From positions 1,426,001 through 1,490,000 of the forward strand of contig JBHGNT010000015.1 of NCBI GenBank assembly GCA_043228905.1: a stretch of DNA of 64,000 bases. The letters run 5' to 3'. The notes under the pieces were generated by a model, which had not been told where the DNA came from, ran no database searches, and saw nothing but the letters and a program-made list of their open reading frames with translations. The position numbers and the translations under genes were made by a program. Origin of the DNA: Azolla caroliniana (taxonomy: Eukaryota > Plantae > Polypodiophyta). Every line of letters begins with the position of its first letter. Position 1 is the stretch's first letter. Of the stretch, positions 14,000-27,700 are shown one piece after another.

Positions 14000-16470
14000 A
14001 CCAAGATACGACTTCATGGAATGTTGTAATTGTAGGATATGCTAACCAAAAACAGTTATTGACAGCTCAAGGTTGCTGAAAAATGATTTTATGCTTGGAA
14101 ATACCTTAGTGAATATATATGCCAAATGTGGAGAAGTTTGTAAAATCTCAGAAAGTGATTGAAGAGCTTCCTATTCGAGATATAGTCTCTTGGAATGCAA
14201 GTCTTATTTTCTGGTTTATTAAAAGCACGTGGTAACATGGGAGATATACAGAAAGGGAACAAAATGTTCTGTTTTGTCAAAATGGATGATGCGCTCATTA
14301 AAAGGTGAAAATGATAATATTTTTACACATGGCTTTCAAATGTGGTGCTTTGGACCTCACTCATTAGAGGATATATAGAGAATGGCCAAGCATTGAATTA
14401 TGTCAGCTTATGCAATATCAAGGTATCTTTCTTGATCCTTTAGCTCTGGTTTGCATCTTGAAAGTAGGTGGACATGCACAAGTTGTTAGCAAAGGCCAAG
14501 GAATGGATGTTTTGATAACAAAGAAAGGATTACTTGAAAGTAATGTGATTGTTGGAATTGCCTTGCTGAATATGTATATGAAATGTGGCTTTCTCATGGA
14601 GACACTCAATGTGTTCAAAAGACTTCCATTATAGAATATAGTCTCTTGGACCACACTGATTTCAAGATATGCTGAAAATGGGTGGGGTGAAGATGCCTTT
14701 ATATGGCACTCACGTATGCATTCGGAAGGTATATATCTGAATGTCATGGCATTGTTTGTGACTTGAAAACATGTGGAAGTTTTCGAGCAATAGAAAAAGG
14801 ATAACAAGCGCACAACCGTATCTGAAAACAAGGTTTGGAACATGATCTTATAATTATTAATATGCTAATTGATATGTATGCGAAATTCCATTTCTTCTTA
14901 TGAGATAGATGGAGGTGTTGTGGGATAGATTGGTTCCAATAGTTGGACAATCGCTATGCTAGTTGGACAATCGCTATGGAAAGCATAGGGTGTGTGGATG
15001 TTTCAGGGTCAAATAATGTTGGTCCAAGAAACCATTACTTCCATTTCAATTCTCGTGGAGGCACTCAATGTGTTCAAAAGACTTCCACTACAGAATATAG
15101 CCTCTTGGACCGCATTGATTTCAGGATATGCTGAAAATGGGCGGGGGAGGATGCTCTTATATGGCACTCACATATGCATCGGAAGTATAACTTTGAATGT
15201 TGTGTCATTTGTTTGTGTCTTGAAAACAGGGAGGAAATTTCGAGCAGTAGAAAAAGGATAAGAAGTGCACAACCGTATTTTAAAACAGGTTTTGGAACAT
15301 GATCTTGTAATTAGTAATATGCTAATTGATATGTATACAAAATTCCATTTCTTCTTATGAGATGGATGGAGGAGTTATGGGATAGATTGACCTCCAATAG
15401 TTTCACAATCTCTATGGAAAGCATAGTGTGTGCGGATAGCCTAAGAAACCTTAGCAAAGGCACTCAAGTTCATGATCAGATTGTTAGAAGGGGATTTGTG
15501 AAGAAGGATGTTATGTTAGGTAATGTGTTGGTGGATTGTATGTGAACTATGGTATGCTTGAAAAAGCACAAAAAATGCATAATGAGCTTCTTGTTAGCAA
15601 TGTATACTCTTCGAATTCACTCATTGCAGGGTATGCTCAACACGGAAATGGTCATGAAGCAATGAACTGTTTCTAGAAGATGCAAAGTGAGGGTCTCTCA
15701 CCAGGTAGGATCACATATATTTGCATCTTGAAGGCTTGTGGCGACACTGGAGTAGGGTATGTTGAACAAGGGAAAGTGCATGAAGCTCTTGAATGCTTCA
15801 AATTGATGAGGAATGAGGGTATTTTGCAGTTATGTCAAGCAATGCGTTGGTAGATATGTATGTGAACTGTGGTATGCTTGAAAAAGCACAAAAAGTGTAG
15901 GATGAGCTTCTTGTTAAGATAATATACTCTTGGAATTCACTCATTGTAGGGTATGCCCAATAAAGAAATGGTCACGAAACAATGAATTGTTTCTAGAAGA
16001 TGCAAAGTGAGGGTCTCTCACCATATAGGATCACATATATTTGCATCCTGAAGGCTTATGGAAACACTAAATCTATTGAAGAAGGGGAAAAGATTCATGA
16101 TGAGAGTATAAATAAAGGTCTCTTCATGGAGAAGGATATCATGCTTAACAATGCTTTGGTGAATGCAAAAGAAGGATTTGAAAAAGATCCTTTTGTTGGT
16201 ACCGTAAATGTGGAGCAATAATTGAAGCCCGAGAGCTTTTTGATGAATTATTGCTGGTTGGAGATGCGGTACAATGCACTGCCATGTTATTGGGCTATAT
16301 TGAGCATGATAAGAATGAGGATGCTATACAACTCTATCCTCAAATGCTTGTACAAGGTCTCTTACCTAATATGATGACATATTCTAGTATGTTGAAAGCA
16401 AGTGGCAACACTGAAGTGTTGGTTGTAAATACTGAAATGAAATTAGATTTTGAGATGGATCTCAGTTAGA
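14000..16470 (+). pseudogene. PLS-class pentatricopeptide repeat (PPR) pseudogene with internal tandem duplications
   Basis: Repeated motifs such as IALLNMYMKCG, NIVSWTTLISRYAENG, SWNSLIxGYAQ, ITYICILKACG, with many stops and frameshifts. Duplicated blocks at about 14598-14990/15056-15430 and 15537-15740/15857-16060. Confidence 0.9.
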
Positions 16471-17865
16471 CGAAGGATCCATGGCTAGCCATTGTCTTAC
16501 ACAAGACGGGCTTGGGAAGGATAGTCGCTTCCTTTCCATCTATTTTGTAAGTTGTAGTTGATATGCCTTTTTTAAAACTAATCGAAGGATATTTTGTTTT
16601 GAAAAAAAAGTATGTTCGTGTTAAAAATAATATTCGAGAAGGAAAAGCTAACTTAGTGATCTTCTCGGAGATGAATATGCCTTCAAAGGGGCTCACAAAG
16701 GATAACTACAAAGTATAATAAAGAACCATATGCGAGCATCAGCAATATAAATAAAATGACATTTCATTTATTGACTTAGGCTAGATTCACACTCATCTAC
16801 CAACCAAGGTTTGAAACATAGTGACAACAAGGGTGGGCTTTCACATTGATCACAACTCAGAAGAAATATGTGTTAGTATGTTTACTAGAGATGAAGCTTG
16901 ATCCATGTGTTGGTTATTGCAATGTATTGATGAGGGTTTAACACATTCCACACAACCAAATTTGCCATCATCAATAGTCCACAACAAAGGAATTCAAATG
17001 GTCATGGACATGTCAAGGATCTCTCATGCATGGGTAGTGGGAAGGGAAAACAACACATGTTTAAAACCTTGTTAACTTGGGTGAGTCAGCAAATCGCATC
17101 ATGGAGAAAGGTCCACCTCCCAAATTAAGAACCTTAATTGCCACTTGCTCATAAAATGGATACACCCTATCAACCTCTGGACATGAGAACTCCCACCCCC
17201 TTTAGGGTCTTGCATGTGAAGCACGATTGCATTAGTGGGCAATGACGATGCATTAACTATTCGAGAAAGAACATGACAATATCGAAAATAATAATCTATA
17301 TTGCATAACTAGAAAGTCTTCAATCTACTTGTAAATGAATTCTTTGTCTTCAAGAAGTCTTTTCGGCAATCATTATATGATTATCTAGGCTCCATGATAC
17401 ATCCTATTAACAAATTTCAAATATTCCTTTCGTACTTTTTGACACTTGTTTATGTTTATAGCATGGACAACAAGATCATGCTGGTCCAAAGATTGGCAAC
17501 GCACTATGTTTACAAAGGGTCTAGTTAGGAAAGCATCCCAATCATATTAGAGGAGAACACAAGAAAAACATAATCTTTCATACAAACAAAATTTACCCTG
17601 TATACTTGATTTCCGATCAGAGACACCAACATCATATTGGTGTCATGATTGGCGACAACATGATTCCTTTTCTTTCCTGTTAAACTAGGGAAGCAAATAT
17701 GGCGAGGTATGGTTAAGATCTCAATTGTTCAAGAAAAGCTTCATAATAAACACATAAATAGACAAACAACGAACGAAATCAGCCACGAGGGTAAAGCAAG
17801 GGCCTCCCAAATGACGAGAATACCCCTCTACGTTCAATTCAATTTTCACTTACCAAACAACTCAT

Positions 17866-18015
17866 TGCCAAGAATCGGCAACGGTTCCGTTTCGGCTTAA
17901 TCGGTTTGGTCAGGAATGGGCAACGGTTCCATTTTGGCTTAATCGGTTTGGCCAGGAATCGGCAACGGTTCCATTTCGGCTTAATCGGTTTGGCCAGGAA
18001 TCGGCAACGGTTCCG
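17866..18015. repeat. 42-bp tandem repeat, about 3.5 copies
   Basis: Unit GGAATCGGCAACGGTTCCATTTCGGCTTAATCGGTTTGGCCA. Confidence 0.95.
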
Positions 18016-18258
18016 TATTCTTTTGAAACAAGCGGTTTTTTGTATGAAAAGCAAGCATGATACAAAAAAAAAAAAACATGTGAGTGCAAAAAAGCAAAAT
18101 CAAAAGCAAAACCGCTTATTGTAGAAAGCAAAAAAACACATAAAGAAGATCTAATCTTGTGTGTGATTCCTAGATCTAATCTTGTGGATTCTCTGCCTGT
18201 TTTTGCTGTTTTGCGTCTTTGGATTGAATCTCAATCAACATGCACCCTCTGGTATGAT

Positions 18259-20270
18259 ATGCAGGCCAGTGAATCCGATTCTGAATCCTTGAATGGGCGG
18301 AGCAGCAGTACAGGGAGAGGAAGAAGAAGCTATGGATACAGAAGTGGCTTTATCGGAAGCAGAGTAGGGAGAGGAGGAGATAATAATGATGGTGTGCCAG
18401 ATTGAAAACCGAGGATGAAGGGGGAGGGGGGGGGATAATAATGGTGGTGGCTTTATCAGAACCAGACGAGGGATGCTATGGATATAGAATTGGCTACATC
18501 AGAAACAGAGCAGGGGAAGGAGGAGATAATGATGATGGTGGCCCAATTGAAAACCGAGGAGGAAGAGGAGAGGAGATAACAGTGGTGGTGACTATATTGG
18601 AAACAGTGGAGGAAGAGGCTATGATAATAGTGGTGATAGCTATGGTGACTTTCCACAGATTAATGGTGGAAGCAATGGATTAGGGTTTTCACACAGGAAT
18701 GGGGACACATGAAGAGAATATATAATGGTAGTGTCTACCGTGAACTTTCACAGGATATTGGTGGGAGCAATGGATTAGGGTTTTTACAGCAGAATGGGAA
18801 AGGGGAAAAGGAGATAACAATTGTGGTAGCTATCATCAGAACAATGGTGGGAGCAATGAATCAGGGTTGTCACAGAAGAATGGGAAATGGGAAAGGGAAG
18901 ATAACAATGCTGGTGACAATCCACCCTTTTCTTCCATTGCCCCTTCCTGACCACCACCATTGCCAGTAGATCACCACAATATGCAGAAACTAACTCACTC
19001 CTCCAATGCTTTGGCTCCTCCTATAGGTATGTTCAAAAAGCTTCCTCTTCTTCTTATTTCCATTAAATCCTTAAACCCTTAATACATTATGTAATATCTT
19101 ATACCATTTCTTCCATCATCAAAGTGCTTATGTTTTTTTGTCTTTTTCTTTTGTTTTGTCTAGATTGCCAGGTGAAGAATAGCAGTCTTCCAATGCCAGA
19201 CCTCCTTTTCTTTGTTGCTCAGAATGGATTCTACAGCACAGGGGCTTGCTCTCAACATAGACCTAGCAATGGCAGCCTTTTATGATAGTATACTCGTCTC
19301 AAAAGGTTGTTTTTGACAAGTTTAGGGTGAATCTAATGTCCAAATAGAATGAAATGACCTGATGGATGGTGCAACGAGCTTTAACTCGGCTTATGGTGGA
19401 GACTGTTCAAGATAATAAAAAAACCACGGAACTACACCATTGTGGGTCTCTCTCTGGGTTTGCATTCGAGTTACCTCAGATGTGTAAGGTCATTGAGAAG
19501 CCAAAATTGATCCTTGGGTTTGATGTAACTCATCCTAATGCAAGTGACGAAAGTGCACCAACCATAGCTGCAGTAGTGGCAAACTGTGATTGGTCATCAG
19601 AGATCAAATATGTGGCAAGAGTTCATGCGCAAATTCACAGGGTGTCGATAATAGAGAGCCTCAAGGAAATGACACAAGCTATGAAAGGCTGGGAAGTTCC
19701 TGAGCGTGAGATCGCGTTCTGAGATGGAGTGAGTGAGGGCCCATTTGACATTGTGCTCCACAAAGGGAGGTTGAATGCATTCAAAGAAACAATGGTAGTG
19801 TCAGGAGGGATTGACTAAAAGCCTAAGGTCACATTGATAGTGGTTCAAATGAGGCACCATAGGAGGGTTTTCCCTGTATGTACAAGAAAATATCCACCCT
19901 GGGGTCATCATGATACCCTGAACTCATCCAAGGGAGTTTGATTTCTTCTTATGTAGCCATGCGGGTTTACAAGGACCAATCAAGCCCACACATTACCATG
20001 TGATTTGTGATGAGAACAATTTCCATGCTACTGAGCTGCAGAGCATATCAACAACTTGTGTTATCGTTCAGTATTCGCAGGGCCACCTGCCTACTGTGAG
20101 CATTTGTCAGCCTATTGAGCTTACCTCCATGTGGAAGCCTTGGAAGGAGGTACCTTGGATTCGTCTTCAATAACACTAGGTTTACTGGAGGTAGCCATAA
20201 CTCGAGAAGTGTGGCTCTTCTGGTTCACCCCCCTTCCCCACATTATTGGAATTGCCCTTGTTTGATAGCA
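18259..20270 (+). pseudogene. AGO: Argonaute pseudogene (AGO2/3/7-like), internally deleted
   Basis: Gly/Arg-rich N-terminal exon, GT-AG intron 19027-19163, L1 motif (QGLALNIDLAMAAF), start of PAZ, then PIWI motifs [64 protein letters not shown]; contains stops and frameshifts. Confidence 0.9.
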
Positions 20271-21160
20271 AGTCATTAAATAGACAAAGATAAGAGAAAC
20301 TGTTGAGGTTCTGAGTGGCAACGTTTGCAACACTCATTATGCAAGTGCAAACCTGCATTATTGCAAGATAAAAGGAATTCTTCTGTAATTGAAATTGTGT
20401 GACCACATGGTGTCCCACTCCCTCTCTCCCACCGGTTCTCCTCCACAAATTTTCATTCTGAGCACAGCTTTGTGCAGCCATATTTTCTGTGGGGTTTCAC
20501 CTCATCTCGAGCCTTCCCACTGGTAATATAAAGCACTACTAAATACATAAAAATCTACTAAACGAATCTCTAATGGCAAGCTAATCATTAATTGGAGAAA
20601 GTTTAATGTAGTTTCGTTATAAATGGGGGAAACCCACCAACATAAATGATTGCATTGCAAACAGAAATTGGACAATATATAATGCAAAATGAGAAATGGA
20701 ATGAATAAACTGGATGAACAGTACAACAGAGATTGGCAGGTGACCAACGATGTAAAGTGAAAAGATCTAGCCAGCAGTCAATCAGGAAGTAGAGCAGAGT
20801 AAGAAAATCATGCATGCAGTAAGACAAAAGTGGAATGTGCAATCAATCTTTTCTAGAAGTATAATTTTAGCTCATGTTCATCTTTTAAACTCGAGGACTC
20901 CAGAAAATAAGCATGAGTTTGGTTTAGTTAATTTGGCATAATACATTTCATTTTTTTTAAATTGTAAAATTAAGTGGGCATCAAAATACTACTCTCAAGT
21001 TGCCAATAGAATTTGTTGACCTCCAATGACTTAGTCATGGGAACATACAATGACAAATGGTATGTATTTGTAGTACATGCAAATACATGGCTTTCAGCTT
21101 GGATCTCCAAAAAGTCACATCTAAATCTGAAATGATATATACATCAAGATTCAAATATTT

Positions 21161-21402
21161 GCTCAAACATTACACTAACCAAACATCATGGCTACCTATC
21201 AGACTTAGACTGAAGTTTTAAGATGCTTCAGCATTATACTACCAGATAAAGCCTATTGCAAATTCATCCTTTATTAATAGCGCTCAAACATTACACTAAC
21301 CAAACATCATGGCTACCTATCAGACTTAGACTGAAGTTTTAAGATTCTTCAGAATTATACTACCAGATAAAGCCTATTGCAAACTCATCCTTTATTAATA
21401 GC
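21161..21402. repeat. 121-bp head-to-tail tandem duplication downstream of VHA-G
   Basis: 21161-21281 is repeated at 21282-21402 with about 3 substitutions. Confidence 0.95.
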
Positions 21403-21808
21403 ACTTCAAGCAAACTCAGATTTAGATTAAGTGGTAAGCTTATTCAATGTGTAGAATAGGTTATAGTTTTAGATTCGTTGGTAAGCTTATTTTATTTACG
21501 TGGAGTAGGTTATAGCTTTACTTTGGCATGGTGGTTTTAACATTTACAGGCTTCCTTGGTATGAATAAGGAAAACAATGCTAATAGTAGCAATAAATTTA
21601 ACTCAAAAGAATTGGTGGCCCATTAAATACAAACTTCCAATGCCAACAGTAGCATTCCAATCTACAATCAAAATATAGTTTGTCTATGCAATTTTATTGC
21701 TATCTTGGATTGAAATGCCATGATCTTTGTGACGAAATTGCTTTGAACTGCATAATCTACAAATGACCATGGCAATTAAGTCAAGATTATCCGAACCCTC
21801 GACAGAAA

Positions 21809-23671
21809 TCAATTCCTTACAGTAGTAACATACTTGAGGAGGAGACCAACAATCTGCCAAATCAAGTTTGATATAAACCTCAATAAGTAGGGCAGTATTA
21901 TTATAATGTGTGCATAGAGGCAAACTTAAAAGTTACAAGTCCCTAGCTCCACCAAACAGTTCTGAATACATCATACCTCTGGAGAAACTTTCGATGCCTC
22001 GTCCGTGAGTTGCTTTACCTTTTCTTCTGTTTCAGCTTCTAGACGCTTAATATTTGAGCCAGAATCACCAGTTGACTGCACAAAACACTCATAATATCAG
22101 TTCAAAACAGTCGCAAGAAATGTTCCATTCCTGTTAAGTGGAAATCTGTTTAACAGTTTCAAGTTCCATTATAAAAGGATTTAGAAGTGCCTTACCTTCA
22201 CTTAAATCTGTGAATGCATATACATAAAGATGTATTATACATACAATGATATTTTATTCACACGCCTCTTAGCAATATAATCTTTATTTAATATCTGGAA
22301 GACATTTCCAAATTCTTGAATCATTGAATTGAAGACGTGATGGAAAAAACCAAGAGAGTGAGTAAATGGTCGCACACAATAAGCTAATGGCATTAAAAAT
22401 AGGGACTTTGTTTGTCATCAAACTTCAAGTCCTTGCTTAGATAGAAGGGGAAGATATGCATGCTAAACAGAAGGCACCAAGTAAAGGATGTTTGTAGTCA
22501 ATGGAAAGTATGTTTGTGTATATAACTTCTCTTTTATTAGCACTTTGTTTCTGCAAATTTTGGAGAACTGCAAGGTTTCAAAATTCAGAAAACTTATTTT
22601 GCTTGCTTTGAGCAACTAAGTTTCATAGGGGGCTTCGCTGTGTTTTTTGAATTCATAACTTTCAATGTAATGGAGGAAAGGAGAATCAAATGCAATTTTA
22701 TGTTAGCCAAGTGCAAACAGTAAAAGAGCATCATCAAACTCTTACCTCTGCTAGCTTCTTTTGAAACTCCGCCTCACAAAATGCTCGATATTCAGCAACC
22801 TCTCTCTGTGCTTCCTCTTTTGCCTGCTTTAACCTTGAAGTTTTGGCTACAAAATTAAATAAAGCATCATCACTTTCGGGAAGAAAACATGAAATTTGTT
22901 TCCACTGCTTGTAGAACAAAAAAAGAGAGATAAGAGAAGTATCTTGGGTTCTCGAGAAAGATAAATCTCAACGTGAACCTCAAAAACTGCAACTTAGCTT
23001 TTTCATCCTTTTCAAAGAGAACCCAGCCCAATGTGACATAGATCTAAGTAATAAGTCAGGATTCTTCCTAGCAAAACTTATATGGAAACATAGCTTATTC
23101 TATACATTTAAGAAGTTTATTTGCAAACATGTTAATGATGTCTGGGCCTATACTTACTTATCTGAATCGAATCAAAGGGGATCATTTCATGCTGTTCAAA
23201 TTGAAAGCTTCTGTTCTTGATCAAGGTCAGCATTAATCCTATTTTGCATAGATTTAGGGATAATGACTTCAACCTAATGTGAATAGAATCGAATGAAAGT
23301 GTGTGTTCTGATCAAATTATAATTAAATTCCATCTATTTAGATTTGTAATCCTAAGAAAACGATTACAACGTGCAAACCAGAAGAGGGCACAACCAATCC
23401 ATCTGAAAACAAATTAGGAATCATAGACATTTTGAGAAAAACGACTGAGATCTAGAATTTTCACAATGCATAAGGTGTAGACCCATCTATTTCATATACA
23501 GGGATCAAAGGAAAACAAAAAGAAAAAAGAGAAAAACAGGGGAAGAGAAAACAAAACCAGGAACAAAGAAGAAGGAGCAAAATCCATACCAGCTCTTGCA
23601 GCAGATACGATCTGCTGAGCCTCTTGTTCGGCGGCCAAAAGCATCTGAATACCTCCTTGACCTTTCTCCAT
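21809..23671 (-). CDS. VHA-G: V-type H+-ATPase subunit G; 4 exons: 23671-23590, 22846-22746, 22075-21977, 21853-21809 (108 aa)
   Basis: Spliced product [48 protein letters not shown]...[20 protein letters not shown]...[14 protein letters not shown]; GT-AG introns, consistent phases, 327 nt. Confidence 0.95.
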
Positions 23672-24754
23672 CGTTGCAATTCTCTCTCTCTCTCTCTCTC
23701 TCTGACTCTGACTCTGTTTCTGTCTCTGTCTCTGTTTCTCTGTGTTTGTGTCTCTGTTTTTATTCTTATTTATTTATTTGCATTATATTCAACAAGACAA
23801 ATGATTTACATTATATGGCCCTCTATTTCTTTAGAATTATAAATTTGGCCCTTCAATCTTCTAGGAATTCATAAGAAGTAAAAGACAAAGGCCATTCACA
23901 AGAGGTATATGTATAATGTATACCCATTCACATGCCCGTGTTCGAGTAGCCATATGGCACAACCCCGTAGACAATGTCCACATGAAGAAAATATGTCCGC
24001 CCAAGTGATCAGTCCTCGTAAAAACAATCTATCAGTCAAGGGTAGGATAAGACCAGTACATGCTACAATCTAGCCATTGGCATGGATAAAGAAAGCCGCC
24101 AGTTCACAACGTATCAATCAATCAACCCATCCTTTGTCTCAACCAGAACAAGATATGTGGCATGTTTATGCGTTCAAAATGTCCCATGTCATGCCATCGT
24201 AAGGTAAAACCACAACATTCTAACGCACGTTTGTTCTCACTCTCAACAGGGTTACAAAGGTCGAGCAACTTTCATATTTAGGCAAAGCATTGAGATAAAT
24301 GTAGAATTGTATATGCTTTACAAAGTTGGTAGTGAATTTGTCAGTCCTCCATTGGCATATGTTACAAAAGCTTCTATGTTGTGTGAATGTGAATCAACCT
24401 AATTTTCTAACACACATACAATGGTAAAAAAAACCTTGTTTTAAAAAGAAACATCGCCTCCATATTAGGGTGGTAAAAAAACCTTGTTTTAAAAAGAAAG
24501 TTCGCCTTCAGGTTAGGTAATAGGGAGTATGCCTCTTGACATTTTTTCAATGGATAATAAGACATCACATCCTATCCTACCAATTGTGTCATGAACCTTG
24601 AACCAAACTATAATGATGTATTGAAATGTAATGTTAGGGCATGGCATGTCTCTCTCTCCCTTATGAAATATTTGCATGAAACAACCTACCTAGTATGACA
24701 ACATGACCCAACTGTACACAAAAAAGGTGGTGCATATAGATAGATGCCTAGATG

Positions 24755-24757
<3 letters not shown>

Positions 24758-24786
<29 letters not shown>
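24758..24786. repeat. (AT)n microsatellite
   Basis: Seen directly. Confidence 0.9.
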
Positions 24787-24792
<6 letters not shown>

Positions 24793-27700
24793 CATGTATA
24801 TATGGAACTGTTAGACATATTGTTGATGACTATTTTCTACTATCACCGTGGGTTTTGACCTTGTTTATTGATCTACTGTACCTACGACTATTTTGTTCTC
24901 CATAAATTGCGTGAACTAACTAATAAACACAACCCATTATGATACTCAAGAGTTAGATTAGTCATACTACTTGAGGGTTTTCCTACTCATGTCATTCAAA
25001 GTAGAAGGACGATGCAACACCCTCATGATCAACATTCTACCTTGAACGTGTTTCCTCCCAACCCTTGCATATGACCTCTTTTGCACATTCTGCATGGACC
25101 AAAAAATGCTCAATAAGAGTGGAAGTGAATATCAATAATGGATTGCTAGATATTACAATTGTTAAACACGCATTAACAAATAGAATAGGAAAGTGGTAGT
25201 CTGTAGAATTATATTACAATTGTATACAAAATGGTGTTATGCAAGACAACAAATTCCACACAAAAATGGGCAATGAATGAAGGTTTATTGGAGTTACACA
25301 ATGGGGGTGAGAGCTTGACAATGGCCAAGGATGACTTCATCTTCTACAATGTCATCGGATGTGGGCAAGGAGTCATCTATCTTAATAGTCTAGGGTGGGG
25401 TCATCAACTTTAGGATAACTACGATTGGTTTGGCATCTTCGAGTGAAACATCTTTAGTGTTCTCGAGCTTCCCGTCTAGATACAAGATGGTAAACATCAC
25501 TACTCACGTCAACCACCAAGTCGTGGTAGACCTATTCAAAGTCTCCTCGTTACTTAATTTCTACCTTTTAGCTTTGCCATTTCGTTAGAAAAGATGAAGT
25601 TCTATTGCATGTATGATCCATTCTTGCCAAAATGCATATGTGGCCACTTGCAATTGATCTACCATTGAACACCAAAATGTTTTCCTTTAACTCTTGTGGT
25701 GGTGGTGTTGTAGTCAAGAGATTGGCCAATTATTGATTCAATGTGTACATGTTTTGGGCTTGCCACATGCTATTCTAGCTAGCCCTACATAACTATCCTC
25801 GAACCAAGATCTATGTATGGGGACCAAAAAAACATCTACTCCTCTATTGTTGGTGACAATCCAAACGTAAGACAAGTACAAGTAAACACCGAAGAATGAA
25901 CAAATCAAGTTGTAAACCTAGTGCCTCAATGGACACAAATGAGTGTGAGCTCTCATCGCTACTTAAAGTTAGAAATTAAGGAAAGATGCAAAAAAGAATT
26001 ACAAAACATGAATAATGGCATTAAAGAATCACATTCGACAAGTTACAATCACACCAAAAGCTTAAGATGGAATCTTAAGTTTTGGGTCTTATAATTAATA
26101 AGAAGATTAGGGGTAAGAACTATACCTTAGAAGGAGATGTGGATTAGGAGATCCTTAAGCTCTAGCCCAATGTCCTTTAAGGCAAGTTCTCTTAAGGGTA
26201 TGAAGAAGCTTAGACGACTTATAAAAGTGTCTTTTATAGCTTTTGCATTGTCTTTGGGCCTTTGCACATTTTATTACAAGTCTCTTCATTCTTTTGTCCC
26301 TTTCCTTGTGTTGAATGTGTTCCTTTGATACTAACCAATGTCCAAATGTATGGAAATGTTTAACATCCCTCAACCCACCCCCATGTTATTGAGTGCACAC
26401 TCTTAGGTGAGGGTAGCCCATCTACTAGGCTAAATCACATATATCAAAGACAAGGATGTTGGGGCCGAAGATAGTGTTAGGAATTTTGTCATATGGGGAG
26501 TCATTTGTGGAAAGTGTTAAAGGTTTTACAAAACCAAATGGACGTTTTAGATATTTCTTGTTGCTTTGAAAATTGTCTGTGACACTAGAGAACACCAATG
26601 AAGTGTGCAATGTGTTAAAAGTAGAACCAGGGGAATTGCCAAAGTTAGTGAGTGTGGCGTCTTGATCATTACGACAATTTGTTAGACACCTACCACAATT
26701 AGATTTGGTGATTGTTTTTATTGTTGTGTGTGTTGTTGGTGGTGAATTTGTTGTTATGTTTGTAAATATCATTTGGCATTGCATCAACATTGTTTGAACA
26801 AGTGATTAGTTAGTATGGTGATGTCGGCGAGGGATGGGGCGATGCTTCATGATAGTCACACTAAAGTTGATGTAGGGTGTTAAAGTAAACGTGCAGAAGC
26901 GTTAGATAGAACCGGCTTAGCCGGATAGCAATAGAGAATAAGATGTTTAATGGAGAAGCTTAATACACAGAGCGTATACGTAGGAGAGACAGAGAGAGAC
27001 AGAGCAGAACATAAACTCAATTCAAAATAACTCTAAAACTTTGTACATACAATGTGCTATAACAACACTATTTATACAAAGTCCATAAAGGACTGACAGG
27101 TACTTCAATACTCATACGAGTTACCGACACTAACTATGAGACAATAATTACCTAGTAGTCTAGGCTACTACTAGGCTTCCGGTTCCCGCTCAAATCCGGC
27201 TCTCCAATCAATCTCCTCGATTCGGCTGGTTGTTTCCGGATACTGATCCGGCTCATCCTTCCAGATGCCGATCCGGATCCGGTTGAGCTTGCTTGCTCAA
27301 CACTCCCCCTCAAGCTCAACTTGAGGTCGGATCATGGTGTTAGTGTCCGTGATAGCTGGCTCTTCTACCCGGCTCCTTCTGGCGTTGCTCCGCCTTACTC
27401 TCGCTCCTCGCCCGGTCCGGTCCTGTTTGCCGCAACCCTTCTGGTTCTACACACCTCGACCTCCTCGGTCGGCTTGTTTGTTCAACTGGCCCATTTCAGC
27501 TCCCTTGCTGCTACGACTCCGACGCTTGTCGACTCGTCGATTCCTTCGTGTTGGCATCGACTTCCGTTGCGTCCGTCTTCGCTTGGCCTTTAGTTGATCC
27601 GGCTCCTCCGAATCCAACTGTTGAAGCGAATCAGTTGTCTCCGATTCGTTCCCGCTCTTGTTCGAGTCAGTGTTCTCCAACTCGTCTTCTGGTTTCAGGC

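Noticed and set aside
21684-21923. 79-aa ORF with CxxC-like pairs
   Set aside because: Alternative frame over the last VHA-G exon, its intron and 3' UTR.
25100-26872. Old LTR-retrotransposon gag region hosting copia A (continuing 40745-42200)
   Set aside because: Texture and a possible decayed PBS near 41965 are suggestive, but no motif or terminus could be read with confidence.
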